From assembly GCA_964016885.1 (NCBI GenBank), contig OZ024743.1, forward strand, positions 43,834,001 through 43,898,000: a DNA stretch of 64,000 nucleotides, written 5' to 3'. This DNA comes from Eledone cirrhosa (taxonomy: Eukaryota). A program made the translations under genes and the position numbers. Below the pieces are notes generated by a model. It was given only the letters and a program-made list of their open reading frames with translations, did no database searches and was not told where the DNA came from. Position 1 is the stretch's first letter. Each line of letters opens with the position of its first letter. Shown here piece by piece: positions 25,529-38,820 of this stretch.

Positions 25529-26873
25529 CTACGGAGACTCAACATAATGATATTGCATACTTTTTAATTATTAATTTGATCCACATAACATCACTTGTAA
25601 AAGTAGAACACATATTGCATTACATTTCCTCTACATGGGACTCGCAAATGGTATCTATCCAATATTGTTTTATAAACTATTTCACGTGTAGAGGCTCAAG
25701 GAAACTTCAGTTCCTGAGTATCTTACAAATCATAATAAGGTCAAAGTAAACGATTAGAGGAATGTACAGTGTAGCTGAGAACGTATAAGTCAACCTATAT
25801 GGATACGTTTTGTACAATTGAAATGTAACGGTAAAAATATATATAAATATTACGCAAAAATCATTTCTTTAAAGTATGTTCGAGTTAAAAGAATGTTTTA
25901 AATTAAAGAAACACATATTTACGTTAAAATATACAGGAAACACATTTTAAGTTCTAACATATAAGAAGATAATGGTAGCTTAATTATAACAAGTGGTTAA
26001 ATCGTGTTGATTTTATACATACGTAGATTTATGTATTTTTATTTATTTATTTTTTAGTAGAAATAGCAATTCACTCCAAATCTCCCTATTTTTACTTACA
26101 TGTTTCACTATAAATCGGAATTTGGCATTAAATAAGAATTATAAAACCGTCGGTGGCATATATAGTCATTATATACTGAATATATATCGAATAATGTTTA
26201 ACTTTATAAGATATATAATTATTACAGCCTAATTTTAATTATGTTTTATAACTATTATGTATAGAAACACATGATTTAAGGTGTATACGATTAAGTATTT
26301 CTTAGATGTGACTACACTCAACCGAATTCCCAAACCGAATAGTTTCCTGAGAATATGTAACAAGGTTAAAACTTCGAATAGTTGCTACAGACCAGCCGAT
26401 GAGATAGTATACTATTTCTGCCCACCAAATTTCACATACAATCGTACGAACTCACATACAAAGAAGCAACAGAAAAATGCCCCATACAGATACGCACACA
26501 CTTGCACACTAAACAATGAACTCACAGACATATACACGTACACACCAACAATATAAAAATCTGAGATACCCACGTATTCAAACACACACACTCATATGCC
26601 AAGCTCACACCACCACACCCATCACACATCGAGCCCAACACCCAAATGAGAGACCTGTCGCCTACGACCACCAATCCATCAATGTCTTCCTAACAGCCTT
26701 CTTCTAACTTTCTTTCCTAAATTTCACACACTGCTTTGATGCACCTACTTCTCTCTCCTTATCCGAATTGAAGGAAGTGGAGGAGGGTTCAACGTTTCGG
26801 ACAGAAGACCTTCATCATTGTCTATTATCACTTGTGGCCGAATTAGTATGGGTGTGTGTATGTATGTGTGCTT

Positions 26874-26920
<47 letters not shown>

Positions 26921-27030
26921 TGTGTGTGTGTGTGTGTGCGTGCGTGTATGTTTGTGTGTATATTTGTATCCATGCGAGCGTGTTTGTTGTGTTTTGTCAG
27001 TGGCTGAAATATATATATATATAAATATAT

Positions 27031-27301
<271 letters not shown>

Positions 27302-28571
27302 GAGAGAGAGATACATAGATACATTACATTTACATATATATGTAATGTATATTAAACAATACAATATAATTACCTCATTACCAGAGGTTTCGCGAATAAG
27401 ACGAATACAAGAAACGTCCTCATCCGTTCGTCAGACAAGGCAATTTAAAACAGTGAAATTTCAACGGGTGGTGATCTTTCTTTCAGATATTGTTTCCAGC
27501 TCTGTACATTCTGATTTCAAATTCGACCCCCAACAATTCTATATCTAAATTTAAAATCTGAGTAATATGTGATAGGAATATATATATATATATATATATA
27601 AACTACACATAACATGTATATTTTATTCATCAGTAATTGAACTGCTAAACATAACATTACAATTACAAATAAACGAATAGAACATCATATGACCTTTTTA
27701 AGCAAAGTTTATTATAACCAAAATTGAGGTTCTAGAAGCCTTTAAAGAAAATATGTTTGATTGACCAACTAGATGACGAAGTGTGATCTAGTTGGTCGGT
27801 CAAAAAAATCAACCTCATCAAGAAATTAACACACACTCGGCAGAGCATTAGGGAGAGAATGTGCGCTCTTAACATAGTTCACAATGAGATCCAAAGTAAA
27901 ATAGTTGGTAAGACCCATTTTGAACTGAATGTAGCAACATGCCGTTATCATGAACAGAGCGCACGACAGCGGTTCAAACTTACGCCTTTAACAGAAAAAA
28001 ACCTATTTAGTAACTCACGCGCCTTAGTACAATCAGTATACCAATATGTCATATACAGTGCATTATGAAATGATATTTGCAGTAAACTTTTTGTACCTCG
28101 TTTTTTCATGTTATGAATTTAATTTAGTTTCAGTGATTTTTTCTTTCCGAATATACTTCTTTGTATTTGCTTTCTCAACTCAATTTTCTCAAATAATCTC
28201 ACATTTCGTGTTCATGATTTCAATAAATATTGAATATTTCGATGTCATGCACATTATTTTGAAAATACAAGACGTAAGATTGATTAATTTAAAGTGTCTG
28301 ACAATTGATTTAACTGAAAATTACGTTATTTAGGCATATTTCGCAATATATGACTGAAGGATATGGCCCAGAATTAGAGCTGAATGAAGTTAAAAGCAAG
28401 AAGAACATTAGAGAAAATATTGATTCGATTGTTTTGACCAATTACCTATAGGAAACGTCATTGATTCTTGGTTATTCACCATCAAGAATACAGAAATAAC
28501 AGACTAAATGTAACCTGCAAGAAAACGAAAAAAAAAACGGTATATATATATATATTTATATAAAAAAAAAA

Positions 28572-28615
<44 letters not shown>

Positions 28616-28676
28616 GTATATACATACCTGTGTGTATGTGTGTGCGTGCCTGTATTTATGCCCGCCGCATACACAC

Positions 28677-28708
<32 letters not shown>

Positions 28709-29088
28709 ACTGGCTTAACTCTACATCACACTGGGAACTGTGTGACACAGAGTTATATCTATTTTGATAAACATTCGATACTATTTCCTGTCTAGTACAA
28801 TCCGATGTATTCGTAGTTTATTGATTAGAGTATAATCTAGTGCATTCCAGTAGACATACTATTGATTAGATCGATAATCCACAGTCATGTACAGCGACAT
28901 CTATTCATTGTAAATTAAATATTCCTTCTCTCTTACATTACACGATGATGATAAGTTATTATGAAACAATATATTACTATAAGTGACGGGACAGAAATAC
29001 TAATTCTTTTGTAGAGTCTCTACCTTGCTGAAATGAGAAACTTAGAGCAACACAAATTTTCTGTAAGATATAGGATTGTGTATACTTA

Positions 29089-29337
29089 TAAAGGGTGTCC
29101 TAAAAATGTATACACACTTTGAATACAATGCTGCTGAATTATGTATACATATTTTGGGACACCCTGTGTATTATACACAGCATTTATACTTGCTGCAATG
29201 CATAGTAGCTAGGTACAGCGTGTCCCAAAAATGTATACACGCTTTGATTACAATGCTGCTGAATTGTGTATATATTTTTTGGGACGTCTGTGTATTATAC
29301 ACAACATTAATACTTGCTGCAATGCATAGTGGCTAGG
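29089..29337. mobile_element. Tandem duplicate of ~124-bp unit containing a ~76-bp Tc1/mariner-type MITE
   Basis: TA-(c)agggtgtcc(c)aaaaatgtatacac...tgtatacatattttgggacaccctg; unit repeated from 29215. Confidence 0.7.
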
Positions 29338-29818
29338 ATTTCTGGGAATTCGCTTACAGAATTCGCTTACAGAACGGTCAGGGCATTGTGACATAAAGCA
29401 AGGCGCATACGAACAGAACCTGAAGTTTAATGTAATATTAAAAGTTACATGAAAAACATCATTATTTTAAAACTTCTTCACATTTGGAAACGTGTATATG
29501 GCAGAAAATTCTCTGCTAGATGGTGCAAGAAAATGAAATATGATAACAAACAAACGACTATGTAGAATGAGTTTGATAGAAAAACACTTCCATAGAATAC
29601 AAGAAAAACATAGGTACATTATATATATATATATATATGAGTGTGTGTATGTGGGGGGGGGGGGTTATATATACATGTGTGTGTGTGGACTGATATTCAA
29701 CAGAACGAATAATGCATAATTTATATTAGACAGCATTGAGAGATGTTAAGGAAAAGTAAAAATCTGTACAATCATAAAGTTTCATAAAGTATGTAAATGG
29801 GTGTGTATGGAACACAAA

Positions 29819-30890
29819 TCTATATATATAAAACTGAGGTTGTCTGTCTGTCTATCGATTTTTGGCACACATCTCCTCTTAGAATCTCTCACGGAATTGC
29901 ACCGAAATTGCTATACTTGTACATTGAGCCCTAGCGAAGACATCGGAAAACAAATATTTCAAATTGACCCACCCTATCTGACGAAATCGAATATAATGTA
30001 TCGATTTTTGAGCGTAAGTGATCAGTTATTTCCCTTTGTTCTGTTTACATTCAGCGTAGCGTCTTACGTTCTCTTTACATTTTCTGCGTGCAAAAATTAA
30101 AAAAATGATTTCCCTTTGTTCTGTTTACATTCAGCGTAGCGTCTTACGTTCTGTTTACATTTTCTGCGTGCAAAAATTAAAAAAATTACGCTGGCAAAAA
30201 TTAAAAAAATTACGCTGGCTTTCTCAGCGTTTAAAATGACATTAACACAATACGCGAACAGTTGTCGAGCCAGCAAAATTTTGACCTGCAAAATTCATCA
30301 GTTCGAACACTAAGCTTCCGTTTTGCTTCATTTCCATTTAAAAGCCTTTTAAAACAATATTTTTACTTGAAAACAAGTCTATTTAAAGACTACGTAAAAC
30401 AAGCAAATATTTCGTAAAAAAAAGCAAAAATTATATAAGTTTATTTAAAATATATGTATCTGTAAATTTCGTTAGGCGTGCAGAGAGGTGATATACGCGT
30501 GCAGACAGACAGTCGTGCAGAGAGGTGATATACGCGTGCAGACAGACAGTCGTGCAGAGAGGTGATATAGGCGTGCAGACAGACATAACTGATAATTTGG
30601 TTACGCTAATGTTTTTCTCTGCGTTGCAGTGTTTACATTTTCGATCTTTGTTAATAAATAACCAGTGCAGTTTTTATCCCCAGCATCCTCTTTTGTTATA
30701 ACATTCGGGTTATCGTTATGTTTTCTTAACTTCATAAGGCATATTGTTGGTTGAGGGAATATTAATCAAAAACACCACATGCAAGTCTGCACAGTAGACA
30801 CTACAGTTTTTAAGCCAAAAAAGAAACTTAACATTGTAACTTTAACACAGCTACTGAGCGACCCCGAGCAACGCCGGGCTTTACTGCTAG
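29819..30890 (+). mobile_element. Non-autonomous Helitron
   Basis: a|TCtatatatataaaa...(tgtc)n 5' end; 3' hairpin cccgagcaacgccggg then CTAG|t (A/T insertion, no TSD). Internal ~80-bp and 36-bp tandem repeats. Confidence 0.85.
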
Positions 30891-30914
30891 TATAATATAA
30901 ATATGAGTATATTT

Positions 30915-30967
<53 letters not shown>

Positions 30968-31809
30968 GTGTGTGTGTGTGTGTGTGTGTCTGTGTTTGTG
31001 TGCGTGCGTGTGTGTGTATGCTTGTGTGTGTGTGTGCTGTGAATAATAAGATATTGATTGTAATCATACAAATATTACATTTCTTTATATTATCCCAAAA
31101 CGTATTTTGAGACAAATTTTCTATAGGATTTCCAAAATGTATGCAAGTTTACCGTTCTTAGAAATAAACTGAATATATTATCAAATATATATTTATACAA
31201 AAACTTACTTCAATATATGCATGAACATTATGGTTTTGAATATATGATCTAAAATACAAAGATGCATGGATAAAGAAATAGTATTGAATGTAGTATTTAA
31301 AGTAAGCTGCCTCAACGCTTCGAACCACACATGCCATGCTGTCACCGTTTTCCCTATTAGGGAATTATATGTCCTTACTTATTCTACTATTTTCAGGGTA
31401 AAATAAATCTGTGTTTAATCGAAGGTAATATACATTCAAAATTCATAATTTACTCAACGTTTCGTAAAATAGAATCAATTGTTTACATCTACTGTCGGGG
31501 GGTGTAGGGTTTCAACTTAACCTACAAACGATGCTCTTCACGTTTGTCCATCGCTAGGATTTGATTCATCCAGCTTGTTCTAATATTTTCATGATTAAAA
31601 ACAATTGCCTATTTAATAGTAATGATAATAATAATGAAATGATTGTGTATAGTGCTCAGGTGCACTACAACTCATCAAAGGTGCATGTATACTACATAGA
31701 ATAATGTACAAATGTCAGAAAAATAAACAATGTACGAGTCATGAAATACACATGTGCGTATGTATGGAGAGGGGGGTGACATCAGGTGTAGTGTTGGCGA
31801 ATCTCTATT

Positions 31810-32830
31810 ACCCATATACATGATATGTCTATATTATCTTAGTCCAGTCTTTTCCATGATGTTTCTGAGTACTCTTCTGTGTTCCCCCTTTCCCCATCGT
31901 TTCTGCAAACTAATATTTCACACATAACGGAAAATGTTCACTTCATTTGTCTCCCGCCTTAGTATATCTTCACATTTACCGCCCATGTTCCATTGACTTG
32001 CAGCCTGGCTCAGTCAACGCAGGCAATATACACTCTTCAGAGGTTGTAGTAAACGAAACTTTTCCCAGCTCATTCTTATTCTAGCTACTATGCACTCAGG
32101 ACCATATCCACCTCTGCTAAGTAGCTCGACTAAGTAGCAGAAACTTCGAAGTATCAACCACTTCTATGGCACCATCCTGAGAACCAAAATGATTTATTTG
32201 ATTGCTGCTCGTACCATCAACTATTTATGTGCACATTCCACATGTAAATCTTCCTCAATCCCATTACACATTTAGTATACTTTATACCGAGGCCCTACCT
32301 ACACCTTTTCTGCATGACAAACAAGATCACTTAAAGCAGTCTTGTCTTTTCTCCTAATTATTAAAGGCACGATCGTTGCTAGTGTTACTCAGGGCCTTGT
32401 TTATTCTAATTTCTGTTTCTACTCCATGAATTTCATCTCAGTGTCTCCCACAGATCTGGCTATAAGAGCTGGGTCATCAGAATACAGAAGGTCCTACACA
32501 CAGCCAGTTTTAAACTCCTCTATTATGGGTCTTAGGATCTATAAAATACAGAAGACGTTGATTACTGTGCCTTAAACGACACATACCTGCATACTGAATT
32601 CCTCACTAAACACATTATTTTCTATTCCCTTCATACATCACCTCAGTACATAACATGCCATGATGATACGAGCCATTCATATACAACAGGTGTACTTAAT
32701 CACCACCAAATAAGAACAACAGGCCCTTTCCATATGTAAAAAAAGCCAGTTATAGCGGCTTACATTTAGGAATTTCTCTTGTAGATGCCATGCTAATAAT
32801 AATGTATGTAATACTCCAGCCTGGCATAGC
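31810..32830 (-). pseudogene. Decayed RTE-clade LINE RT
   Basis: Minus-strand remnants LLYSDD.ALIA, EWLV, EVVD, frameshifted ..ARIR.SWEKF segment. Confidence 0.65.
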
Positions 32831-32997
32831 GCCATACTACATTTCATTATTTTGTTTCTTTCCATACTTAGTTGTGTTAACATTCTTTTCCTCACATTCA
32901 TAAAGTACACACACAGAGGCACAAACAGAGAGAGAAAGAGAAAGAGAGACAGCCAGACACAGGCACATACACACACATACACACACACATGCACACG

Positions 32998-33080
<83 letters not shown>

Positions 33081-33316
33081 ACAGCTGGTGATATGCATGT
33101 AAGTAAATATTCTCTCTATCTGATAGTTTGTAAACTTAACTGAGTATAGATACAAAATATTATCACCATCTAGAAACGATCGTAAAGCAGTGAGGTATAT
33201 TTCTAATGACTTGATTTTTTATTTCGTTTTAACTTCTATATATATATATATTTATATATGTATATATTAGGTATGAATCGAAGTTGAAGCTGCCTTTATA
33301 GCAGTTATTATATAAG

Positions 33317-33505
33317 CGCGGTGGATTGTCAGTATCGGTAGAGGGTCGGACGCCATGCTTTGACGCTTAGAGTTACGGCCCTTGCCATTCTGAGTTCAAA
33401 TCCCGCCGAGGTTCACTTTGCCTTTCTTTCTTACGGGGTCGATAAAATAAAGTACCAGTAATACACTGGTGAACTGCTGGCCTTGTGCCAAAAGTAGAAA
33501 CAATA
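33317..33505 (+). mobile_element. SINE, same family
   Basis: Matches the 17847 copy. Confidence 0.9.
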
Positions 33506-33799
33506 ATATACATATATATATACTACATATATAGCTCGGCATCCATCAAGCCGAGGCTATATTAGAAGATAATTGTCCTAGATTTCTTCTTATTTTGTGA
33601 GATTTACATTTTATATTATTTCCGTTTGCTAATGCTATGGTAATCGTGCTTAGATGTGTAAGCGATTGGCATTATTTGCTATCAGAGCCATGTGATCCAA
33701 CATATATTGTACGAAATGGAACGATTGTTTTAATGAAATAATGTTGAGTAAAAATACACCACAGGAGCATATTATTTCACATTATCATCATATAAGTAT

Positions 33800-33988
33800 G
33801 GCGGTGGATTGGCAGTATCGATAGAGGGTCGAAAGCCATGTTTCACAGCATAGAGTCATGTCCCTTTACCGACTGAGTTCAAATCGCGCCGAGGTTAACT
33901 TTGTCTTTCATCATCACCAGGTCGATAAAATAAAGTACCATTATAGTACTGGGTGATTGCTGGCCTGTGCCAAAAGTAGAAACAATTA
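33800..33988 (+). mobile_element. SINE, same family
   Basis: Matches the 17847 copy. Confidence 0.9.
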
Positions 33989-34026
33989 TCATCATATAAG
34001 TATTGGAATAGAGTATGCTTGTCAAT

Positions 34027-34082
34027 GCCAAGACTCGATGGATATAGACCAAGCAATTGGTCTATATCTACCGAGTCTTGGC
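34027..34082. repeat. 56-bp hairpin
   Basis: gccaagactcgatggatatagaccaa-gcaa-ttggtctatatctaccgagtcttggc. Confidence 0.85.
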
Positions 34083-34373
34083 TGTATACAGGTATGTCAT
34101 GAATAATATGTGTGAATAATATGTGTGTATCTATTTGTGCAAGAATTTACATACCTGGATTACTATAAATCCATACGTAGTTTTGTCTGCAGTAATATGC
34201 ATGCGTCTCTGTCTATCTGTGAATATCATTAAATCCATCTTTCTCTATCTCTCTCTCTCACTCTACATCTCTCTTTCTCTCTCTACACCTATATGTATTT
34301 CTCTCTGTTTCTCTCTCTCTATATATATATATTTATCTATCTCCCCCCCCCTCTCTCTCTCTCACTCTCTCTC

Positions 34374-34410
<37 letters not shown>

Positions 34411-35214
34411 ACATCTCTCTCTCTACATCTTTCTCTCACTCTCTCTCTTTCATCTTCCCATTCTCTCTCTGTCCGCGCATTTCATTAGTTTTAAGAGATT
34501 CCCCTCTTTGAAGCCACCGCAAAGACTGCCTACTACTCGACTTGCGCGCGCGCACACAGCCATACAAACACGCCACACGCATACAAACAAACAAACAAAC
34601 ACACACCCTACTTCAGGAGACCTTCAGTAAAACACGATGTTCCCCACACCACATACTATCTGAAAGGAAAATCTACTTCACTTGCCACTCAATGATAATT
34701 ATGACCTTCAAACGAAGAATACTTAAGGCAATTCTTATTATTTTACCTCCTCACAAATTCCATTCCAAAGAATAATATTTTTTGTCTGATTCTTATCAAT
34801 ATAATTCTTAAATAGCCACTGCAGAAACCAGTTGAAGAGCCACCTTTTTCCATATCTATACTGATTTTTCACAACGAATGTTCTCATTTCTGTATCTTAC
34901 GTTGTTTACGTCACAATAATTCCGACCTACAAGGCTGTCCGTCATGTAATGTACACATAACACAAGACCAGAGGCAAAACTATATATGTGGCGTCAAGGA
35001 ATATCAGAAGTTATATACTATCTGACCCCAAGACAAATTTTGCACCTCACCTTAGAATACCACCTTTTCCTTCTCACGACAACTCCGAGATTACAAGTCG
35101 AATTATAGTTTTTTTGTGATTTAATTGTTGGATGTTTGGTTCACGATTGAATGGTCGTGAGTTACATTTTAAAACCCACTCACTCACACACAGACACACA
35201 CACACAGACACACG

Positions 35215-35433
<219 letters not shown>

Positions 35434-35988
35434 GTAGAGGTTATATTTAATTTGTTGGGATACAACAAGCTTAAAATATTTTCTCTTATATATATTTTCT
35501 CATATATACATATATATAAGAGAAAGTTGACGTTTGCTTGAAGCATTGTGGAATAATAAAAAGTTTGGTCCTTTTGGTAGCCTCCAAAATGCAGATGGGT
35601 AAATCTCCGTGTAACAGAATCCGGTGGTGAAGAGGGAGATGTAAGAGGAAATGTAGAATGAGACGTGTAGTGTGTAGAGGAACGTAGGAAAGAGCGTAAA
35701 GATTAAAATAATAAAACAAGATAGAGATTTATTTGTCCCTATATTTCGGATTTCGCATCCATCAACTGGAAGGTTTTCACAGGGGGAGGAACGGTACGTG
35801 GCCTCGGTTGTCCACCATTTGTGTGCAACTCAGATATTCTTTAGAGCACGCGTGCGCGCGGAATATGTGTGATCAAGCAAAGGTCGAGCAAGTTCCTCTT
35901 TACTGTTGGAGTGGGATGGTACTTCGCTGTCAATCCATTATACTACCTATATTCAGTCTTTGATACTCGCAGTGTTGGTAGTATACCT

Positions 35989-36103
35989 ATATTTATTAAA
36001 ATAACAGATTAAAGTTTAAGCAAAGAATCACTGCTTTCACCCCTAAGGGGATCTTCTGAAACGATTCTTTGCTTAAACTTTAATCTGTTATTTTAATAAA
36101 TAT
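35989..36103. repeat. 41-bp inverted arms enclosing an HHR-like loop; related partial copy at ~42885-42990
   Basis: Arms 35989-36029 / 36063-36103. Minus-strand loop reads CAGAAGA-tcccc-tta-ggggt-GAAAGCAG. Confidence 0.75.
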
Positions 36104-36194
36104 TTGCACTACGATTCTTATATATTTGATATATATTTATCCTTATCGAGCCCTCTTTGGATTTTAGTCTTCCAATTTATTATTATTATTATTA

Positions 36195-36234
<40 letters not shown>

Positions 36235-36235
<1 letters not shown>

Positions 36236-37573
36236 AAAGTTATATTTAAATTGTTGGGTTACAACGAGTAAATATTTATAACTGATATAAAAGCACTCAA
36301 CAAGTATTTGGAGTATATTTACGATATTAAATAAATGGAAATTATGTTTATAAAACCATATTTATTTCATTATATATATTTCAGGGATATCATATTAAAA
36401 ATATGCTATGCCTTCTTCAGACAAAATACAATATAAACAGTCTTATAAATAGATAGATTCTGCGCGGAGGAGATATTCTTTATACTAAAATCTAAAAATT
36501 CCCTTAATTTACGGACAAATTTATTCAGTTGCTGCAGACATAGATTGAACTCAACTTTTAAATATAAATTTAAATTTAAAATGTAGTTTATTTAGTTTGA
36601 TTTGTAATTATTTATGAAACTCGCCGATAAATCTTTCGATTTCTCCTTTTTTATTTTAAACATTCTTCATGAATAATTAACTACCCTAAAAGCTGATGCT
36701 CCAAATATATCGAATAAATTTTACACTAGATAAATTTCTATATTAAATATAAGAACATATGTAGACCAAATGGGTATCCTAAACTTTTGGAATGTTTTCT
36801 GCTAGACAAGATTTGGTAAATAATTTTTGGTTTTGTTTGCTTTTGATTCTGATGATTATAATGAACTTGGCTATATATTGTCGATTAACTTTGAAGGGCT
36901 GATCTCTGTGGTGGATTTGCGGGGCATACTATGTTTTATTTTTAATATTTTTTAATATTTTTTAATATTTTTTTAAATATTTTTTAATATTTTTTAATAT
37001 TGTTTAATATTTTTTTAATATTTTTTAATATTTTTTAGTTTTCTGTCTATTTATTTTTTGTTTCTGATATTTTTATTAATGTATTGGTGTCTGTTCTCTA
37101 TTTCTGCTTGAACGATGATCATGTAGAGTAAAGACAAGAATAGTATTGTTAAAATTAATATAGACTCTATGTATATATGTGTGTACACATATATGTGTAC
37201 TTGAATTTTTATAGCACAATGAGAATGTTTTCGTGTGAAATAGGAATTTGCAGAGCTGATCACGTAAATTCACATGTTTATAGTATTGAATATTGGATAA
37301 CCTTCTATTTTATCTCGGCTCTGGTGTAGACCTATGGATTTTTAAACTAGACATATGATCATTATTTTTCACACATTATAGATACGTGTCTCATTCATGA
37401 ATACTGATATTTACATTAATAATGCCTGTTTTATACGAACTAATATTTCTGGATTGATGAAACATAGTGTTTTAAATCTGCCTCGTTTACGTCTGGTTAT
37501 TTTTCTTTTTTCTCTCTATATAACGGCTGTTTTCTCTCCTAACCACATATATCTCTCTCTACATTAATACTAG

Positions 37574-37607
<34 letters not shown>

Positions 37608-37693
37608 ATGTATCATTGATACGTCATTCAACTGGTGCTCAACTACCTAGTTTCTTTCTCTCTATCTCTATCTATATCTATCTCTCTATATTT

Positions 37694-37725
<32 letters not shown>

Positions 37726-38087
37726 CTATCTATCTCCCTCTATTTTTTTTCCTCTCTCTATATATCTCTCTCTGTTTCTTTACATGAATTTCTTCTCTCT
37801 CTCTATCTTTCTATCTCTCTCTATTTTATTGCATGCATTTCTTCTTTTTCTTCGTTTTTCTTTCTTTCTTTTTTTCTTTTTACAACTGTCCATAATATTT
37901 TTACTACCAAATCAACTTTCAAATGCAAGTCGATGTTGAAAGGTATGTCGAATCTATCTATTTATAAGACTGTTTATATTGTATTTTGTCTGAAGAAGGC
38001 ATAGCATATTTTTAATATGATATCCCTGAAATATATATAATGAAATAAATATGGTTTTATAAATATAATTTCCATTTATTTAATATC

Positions 38088-38119
<32 letters not shown>

Positions 38120-38275
38120 GATATTAAATAAATGGAAACTATATTTATAAAATCATATTTATTTCATTATATATATTTCAGGGATATCATATTAAAAATA
38201 TGTTATGCCTTCCTCAGACAAAATGTTTAATATCGTAAATATACTCCAAATACTTGTTGAGTGCTTTTATATCAG

Positions 38276-38279
<4 letters not shown>
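36235..38279. mobile_element. Decayed PLE with multiply inverted terminal repeats, each with an HHR-like motif
   Basis: 36320-36460 is the reverse complement of 37950-38090; further inversions at 38117-38224 and 38227-38279. Motif ttgt-CTGAAGA-aggcatagcatatt-ttt-aatatgatatccct-GAAATATATATAA at 37986-38040. Confidence 0.75.
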
Positions 38280-38372
<93 letters not shown>

Positions 38373-38373
38373 T

Positions 38374-38486
<113 letters not shown>

Positions 38487-38507
38487 ATATATATATATAT
38501 ATATGTG

Positions 38508-38627
38508 AAGGCGTGTGTGGCTGCGTGGTTAGAGAATTGGATTCGCAATCGTGAGATGGTGAGTTCGATCCCCGGACCGGGCGATGCGTTATGTCCTTGA
38601 GCAAGACACTTTATTTCACGTTGCTCC
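38508..38627 (+). mobile_element. tRNA-derived SINE head (second family)
   Basis: A box tggctgcgtggtt, B box gagttcgatcc, then tgtccttgagcaagacact. Confidence 0.8.
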
Positions 38628-38734
38628 TTCTACCTGGAGTTGCGACCGATAGATAGTACTAGCAATTGGAAAGACCAATGGAAGCATTGGTTCCTTGGTC
38701 CGATTTGACGAAAGTCGATCGTTCCTGATCGTTC

Positions 38735-38770
<36 letters not shown>

Positions 38771-38820
38771 TATAGAGAGAGAATGATAGATAGACAGATA
38801 TATAGATGTATAAATAGATA

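Noticed and set aside
26786-26818. Minus-strand hammerhead (TGATGAaggtcttctgtccGAAACGTT)
   Set aside because: C3 and stem I are missing; probable PLE-end remnant, not callable as intact.
38508-38582. tRNA gene
   Set aside because: Acceptor stem does not close well and it continues into SINE body sequence.
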